A stretch of DNA of 24,000 nt, from contig NZ_JARTLM010000009.1 in assembly GCF_029625905.1 (NCBI RefSeq), forward strand, positions 120,798-144,797, given 5' to 3'. Below, in pieces: positions 21,423 through 24,000 of this stretch (the first letter of the stretch is position 1; the number at the start of each line of letters is the position of its first letter). This DNA is from Hydrogenovibrio sp. 3SP14C1. GTDB taxonomy: Bacteria > Pseudomonadota > Gammaproteobacteria > Thiomicrospirales > Thiomicrospiraceae. The position numbers and the translations under genes are program-made. The notes under the pieces were generated by a model, which saw only the letters and a list, made by a program, of their open reading frames with translations, did not search any database and was not told where the DNA came from.

Positions 21423-21640
21423 TTAAGTGTAAAAGGCACGCGTTACGGACGCGGCAACCGGAATGTTCAAACCTTTATTTAAAACCGCTGATTTGAGTGG
21501 CGGTAAATGATAGGGAAGCCCCTTGCGATGACGGACGGTCGTGCGAATCAGCCTGGTGCTGAAAAGCAAACGCAATCTAGGGTTTGCGACCCAAAAACCT
21601 TCCTGGATAACCCAGGTAGTTATTTGGTTCCCCAAAAGAA
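21423..21640 (-). other. GC-rich, inverted-repeat-dense segment upstream of the 309-aa gene: candidate oriT and/or structured 5' leader RNA
   Basis: Hand count gives 106/220 G+C (~48%) for 21421-21640, against 15/60 (25%) in the next 60 nt. There are six short GC-rich IRs: 21439-43/21449-53 (CGCGT/ACGCG), 21484-88/21500-04 (ACCGC/GCGGT), 21512-15/21520-23, 21528-32/21538-42, 21571-75/21584-88 (CGCAA/TTGCG, which competes with GGGT/ACCC at 21580-83/21589-92) and 21602-06/21612-16 (CCTGG/CCAGG). The motif ACGGACG occurs twice (21445, 21531). Confidence 0.35.
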
Positions 21641-21681
21641 TGAAAATTTAATTTCATGTAAAATTATTTTTTCATGAAGTG

Positions 21682-21708
21682 AATAAAAACCCTGTGGGAG
21701 CAGGGTTT
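21682..21708 (-). terminator. Rho-independent terminator on the minus strand
   Basis: The minus strand reads AAACCCTG-CTCCCA-CAGGGTTTTTATTC, a stem with a CCCTG/CAGGG core followed by T5. On the plus strand the same hairpin is followed by TTTCGGGC, which is a poor terminator context. Confidence 0.6.
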
Positions 21709-21723
21709 CGGGCTGCGTAAGAA

Positions 21724-21806
21724 GCCCTGTCTCTTTCCCGCGCTGCAACCTTAGAAAAAATCTCACGATTTATGTCTACAGAGGCTTTGCTTGAAAGAGA
21801 CAGGGC
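21724..21806. repeat. 14-bp perfect inverted repeat with 55-nt spacer
   Basis: GCCCTGTCTCTTTC (21724-21737) and GAAAGAGACAGGGC (21793-21806), read directly from the sequence. Confidence 0.9.
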
Positions 21807-22141
21807 CGCTTGAAATTTTTGCAAAATCCAATAGCCTGAATCTTCGCTCAAAGAGAAAAACTGAAGGTTTTTCTAATGAACTCGATTCAGAGAATCAAAA
21901 TGCAAAAAAACTCCGTTACAGCCGTGTGGATATAATGATCAGTGACAGCAAAAAGCTGAATTATTTGAGATAAATCATTGTTTCAGTGGTGTATCTCCTT
22001 TTTATATAAAAGTGGACACACCAATCCCAAAACGGGAATAGAGTATCCCGTGTGGGTTGAATAAATGATCGGCCCTTTTTATTTAAAATAGGGCGTATGA
22101 GTTACCATTGTTTTCAAACAAGGTAAACGGATCAGGATCTC

Positions 22142-22281
22142 AATCAACTAGGTTGATTTGCTGGCAAATGAGATCGTGGCCAGCTTAAGGGCGCTTCATT
22201 AGTAGAAGCAATGGTGCAACAAGACAGTGTTGCGCTGTATTCAATTTCTAGTGTACGGAAATATTTTTAAAAATCAACCTA
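22142..22281. repeat. Three copies of an AATCAAC(C)TA motif (one local hairpin plus an 11-bp long-range inverted repeat)
   Basis: AATCAAC-TAG-GTTGATT forms a hairpin at 22142-22158. TAGGTTGATTT (22149-22159) is the exact reverse complement of AAATCAACCTA (22271-22281). Confidence 0.85.
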
Positions 22282-22323
22282 CACGATAGGAGTTCGGTTT
22301 TTATCGATTACACATGAATCGAC

Positions 22324-22608
22324 TTATATAGGATCATTATTCTCATCAATTCGATCTACTATTTTTTCTAGCTCTGGGCTTACAATAGAAAACCTATTTA
22401 CATCAAAAACATAATATAGGTAGCCATTGTGAGTAACATTTTTATATCCTATACAAGCTTCTATATCTGAGTATGGGGCCAGACACTCAATAATACGTTT
22501 TGCATATTTAACTGCGGGAGTTGTACATCCTCCAACAGCGGCTACGCCAGTTTCTAAAACAGCATCAACAGCATCATATACATTGTTTTCTTCATCGTAT
22601 ATTTTCAT
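22324..22608 (-). CDS. Hypothetical acidic 94-aa protein (no family recognised)
   Basis: ATG lies 5 nt after AGGA (minus strand ATAAGGATAACTATG). The product is Asp/Glu-rich with no TM segment. It is divergent from the small-peptide promoter. Confidence 0.55.
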   Translation of the reverse strand: MKIYDEENNVYDAVDAVLETGVAAVGGCTTPAVKYAKRIIECLAPYSDIEACIGYKNVTHNGYLYYVFDVNRFSIVSPELEKIVDRIDENNDPI

Positions 22609-22790
22609 AGTTATCCTTATGTATTGGAGTAATCAAGTATAAGTGGCCAACTTAGGGAAATTGTCTACAATACAATATGAGGGGAGGCGTCAATGCCCTT
22701 CGTGTTTTACAGTATTTTAATATTGTAAAGTTAGTTTTTAATTATATCCGCCATTTAAAAAAAGACCCTTTTAATGCGATTTCTTATGCT

Positions 22791-22819
22791 TTGATATTCA
22801 TGATCTTAGGGTCTATAAT
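22791..22819 (+). promoter_or_regulatory. Near-consensus sigma70 promoter driving the small-peptide genes
   Basis: TTGATA (22791-22796), a 17-nt spacer, then TATAAT (22814-22819), ~40 nt upstream of ATG 22859. Confidence 0.6.
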
Positions 22820-22858
22820 CGCTATTAAGAATAATGTAAATGAGTAAGGAGAATGATT

Positions 22859-22978
22859 ATGCTTTATCTTACTGCTGGAATTGCTTTACTTTTTGCACTT
22901 ACTCTTTTTGCAATCGGTATAATTTTCACTAAAGCTGCTGAAAAAAAGCAAGCTGAAAAAGATGCTGCAAAAAGTTGA
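22859..22978 (+). CDS. 39-aa single-pass membrane peptide (not in ORF track)
   Basis: Hand translation gives MLYLTAGIALLFALTLFAIGIIFTKAAEKKQAEKDAAKS. AAGGAG (22846-22851) lies 7 nt before the ATG. It has an N-terminal TM helix and a Lys/Glu-rich tail, and it lies downstream of the consensus promoter. Confidence 0.5.
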   Translation: MLYLTAGIALLFALTLFAIGIIFTKAAEKKQAEKDAAKS

Positions 22979-23037
22979 GTGAAGCTTATAGTTAATCATA
23001 GACCTTGTTTTAAGGATTTATCTTAAAGGTGAACTAA

Positions 23038-23199
23038 GTGACTTCTACACTAATTATTACATCATTTTTTGCTTTGTTGATGGGCCTGGGAGCTCTTGGT
23101 TTAGCTTATTGGCTAAAAGGTGTAATGAAGCAAAAACAACTTGAGGATACAAGCTCAAAAGAATTGAATGAAGTATTTGATTCTCAATCTCAATCTTAA
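23038..23199 (+). CDS. 53-aa single-pass membrane peptide (not in ORF track), possible paralogue of the 39-aa peptide
   Basis: Hand translation from GTG gives (M)TSTLIITSFFALLMGLGALGLAYWLKGVMKQKQLEDTSSKELNEVFDSQSQS. AAGGTGA lies ~6 nt upstream. The architecture matches the previous peptide: a TM helix, an aromatic-Lys boundary, then KxKQxED. Confidence 0.4.
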   Translation: MTSTLIITSFFALLMGLGALGLAYWLKGVMKQKQLEDTSSKELNEVFDSQSQS

Positions 23200-23298
23200 T
23201 CTTAATTAAGCTTAAGCTTTCTTGTCAGGGGATATTCCAATATGAGAAGCTAATTTACTAGACACTTCTTAGCCATGTTTTACATTATCGTTGTTGGT

Positions 23299-24000
23299 TT
23301 ATTTACGTTCTCCGTTGTATTTTCTTTCTGGAATAATAATGGAATATTTGTTTTTCTTTAAATAAAGTTCAGTGTTGTTATGCATATCTAGGTAATCCAT
23401 GAGATAAAGCATTGTATGATCGCTATCATTAAATGAAATAATGTCGTGAACCATGAAGTTCACAAAGTGATCTAGCTTGTCCAAATCAAGTTTGTAGGAC
23501 TTGTCAAAATTGTTAGCTTTTGCATTGGGGTTGTTACCCAATACTACTCGTGCTTTTGGGCTTGTATACGCAAACTTTGTATTTTGATTAGTTGTTGGGT
23601 ATCTCTCATTATAAAAACCCTGTACATTGCCGATAAAATTTTCAAAACGTTCCATATTTGAAGCGTTTTCTTCATCAGTCAGTGTTTTAGCTTCTTTCCA
23701 GTATTTAGTTAACCTATGAAACCCCAGCATTTTTAAGCTATTTTTGTCTTTATATCTAAAACATAAAATTGCTAAGATTAAATGTTCTATCGCCCAAAAG
23801 GTATTAACCATATAGGCATCATGCATATGATGAAAAAACGAATATCTAGCTAGGATGTAATAATCAATCGCTTTATGTTTGTTTTCCATTGAGGTTCTTG
23901 ATGGTTTTAAACGCTCAGGTAAAGGGAAGGATACTGAAGCAGAGCCATCACCTGAGATTTCCATATTTATGAGTGGTTTAAATGAGGTTTCATCTGTCAT
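23299..24000 (-). CDS. HEPN-domain-like protein (233 aa if the ATG at the window edge is the true start)
   Basis: The helical pattern AIDYYILARYSFF...TFWAIEHLILAILCF...GFHRLTKYWKEA...VQGFYNERYPTT resembles classical HEPN (A.E..LKA.L / H.L..L / YY..tRYP). The ORF is open to the window edge, so the N-terminus is uncertain. Confidence 0.45.
   Translation of the reverse strand: MTDETSFKPLINMEISGDGSASVSFPLPERLKPSRTSMENKHKAIDYYILARYSFFHHMHDAYMVNTFWAIEHLILAILCFRYKDKNSLKMLGFHRLTKYWKEAKTLTDEENASNMERFENFIGNVQGFYNERYPTTNQNTKFAYTSPKARVVLGNNPNAKANNFDKSYKLDLDKLDHFVNFMVHDIISFNDSDHTMLYLMDYLDMHNNTELYLKKNKYSIIIPERKYNGERK

Larger units (their letters stand above)
18836..24000. mobile_element. Left portion of a tRNA-fMet-associated integrative element (probable integrative mobilizable element); right end beyond window
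   Basis: The core gene order ends at the tRNA. An integrase gene lies immediately adjacent, reading toward the tRNA. All downstream ORFs are accessory-type and visibly more AT-rich. No second copy of the tRNA 3' segment is found in the window. Confidence 0.75.

Noticed and set aside
21423-21635. 70-aa minus-strand ORF from the track (MGNQITTWVIQEGFW...)
   Set aside because: It has a TTG start and no Shine-Dalgarno. Its Arg/Leu/Pro-rich composition is what a GC-rich noncoding stretch produces. It is entirely covered by the short inverted repeats, so it is treated as oriT or leader sequence rather than as a CDS.
21724-21806. Invertible promoter switch (fimS-like) flipped by the second tyrosine recombinase
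   Set aside because: The 55-bp spacer is too short for recombinase-mediated inversion by DNA looping. I could not find a promoter within the spacer.
21791-21973. 60-aa plus-strand ORF from the track (MKETGPLEIFAKSN...)
   Set aside because: Its TTG start lies inside the 3' arm of the 14-bp inverted repeat. It has no RBS and a low-complexity Lys/Ser/Asn composition. It is barely above the length cutoff in AT-rich DNA.
22149-22281. Retron-like msr/msd ncRNA (flanking 11-bp inverted repeats enclosing ~111 nt with internal hairpins)
   Set aside because: There is no reverse transcriptase gene anywhere in the window or adjacent on either strand. The total of 133 nt is at the short end, so the architecture alone is insufficient.
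22677-22700. GC-rich patch GAGGGGAGGCGTCAATGCCC as a possible P2/P4-type cos site
   Set aside because: It only vaguely resembles the P2 cohesive-end sequence as I remember it. There are no packaging or capsid genes in view.
22693-22728. 11-codon mini-ORF MPFVFYSILIL with a strong GGAGG-5-ATG RBS
   Set aside because: It is too short to call and I found no upstream promoter. It is noted only as a possible leader peptide in the divergent intergenic region.
22677-22847. 56-aa plus-strand ORF (MRGGVNALRVLQYFNIVKLVFNYIRHLKKDPFNAISYALIFMILGSIIAIKNNVNE) with a C-terminal hydrophobic segment, just upstream of the 39-aa peptide
   Set aside because: It has no SD before its ATG, and the near-consensus promoter for the downstream peptides lies inside it. 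This could still be a third small membrane protein, but the evidence is weaker than for the other two.
23182-23217. Six consecutive hexamers in three duplicated pairs (TCTCAA x2, TCTTAA x2, TTAAGC x2) spanning the stop codon of the 53-aa peptide, including back-to-back HindIII-type palindromes
   Set aside because: It is real in the sequence, but it is short, AT-rich and explainable by slippage. It encodes only the SQSQS tail and a weak hairpin, and nothing supports a function.

Overview
About 18.8 kb of this window is ordinary conserved proteobacterial core, all on the + strand. It holds the 3' end of ftsH, then folP, glmM, tpiA, secG and tRNA-Leu(GAG). Next come a complete 14-gene nuoA-N (NADH:quinone oxidoreductase) operon with separate nuoC and nuoD, a small DUF2818-like membrane ORF, and an initiator-type tRNA-fMet. 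The gene order suggests an AT-rich gammaproteobacterium, but I cannot name the organism. From ~18.84 kb to the window end lies the left part of an integrated accessory element whose right end is not in the window. (1) A canonical tyrosine integrase abuts the tRNA. It is chained on the minus strand to an excisionase-like HTH gene, a 114-aa gene and a 309-aa gene that has its own complete tyrosine-recombinase catalytic signature. (2) Directly upstream is a ~220-nt segment that is GC-rich relative to its flanks and dense in inverted repeats. Beyond it are ~680 nt with no credible ORF on either strand but strong structure: a 14-bp perfect inverted repeat, three copies of an AATCAAC(C)TA motif, and a minus-strand intrinsic terminator. 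(3) An AT-rich cargo block follows. It has a 94-aa acidic orphan (-), a near-consensus sigma70 promoter driving two single-pass membrane peptides of 39 and 53 aa (+, below the ORF-track cutoff), and a convergent HEPN-like 233-aa ORF whose ATG is the last codon of the window. My best hypothesis is an integrative mobilizable element carrying an MpsA/MpsB-like atypical (tyrosine-recombinase-fold) relaxase module with its oriT, plus a small toxin- or defence-like cargo. None of the island calls can be confirmed without homology, structure or RNA-seq data. No transposases, CRISPR arrays or rRNA were seen.
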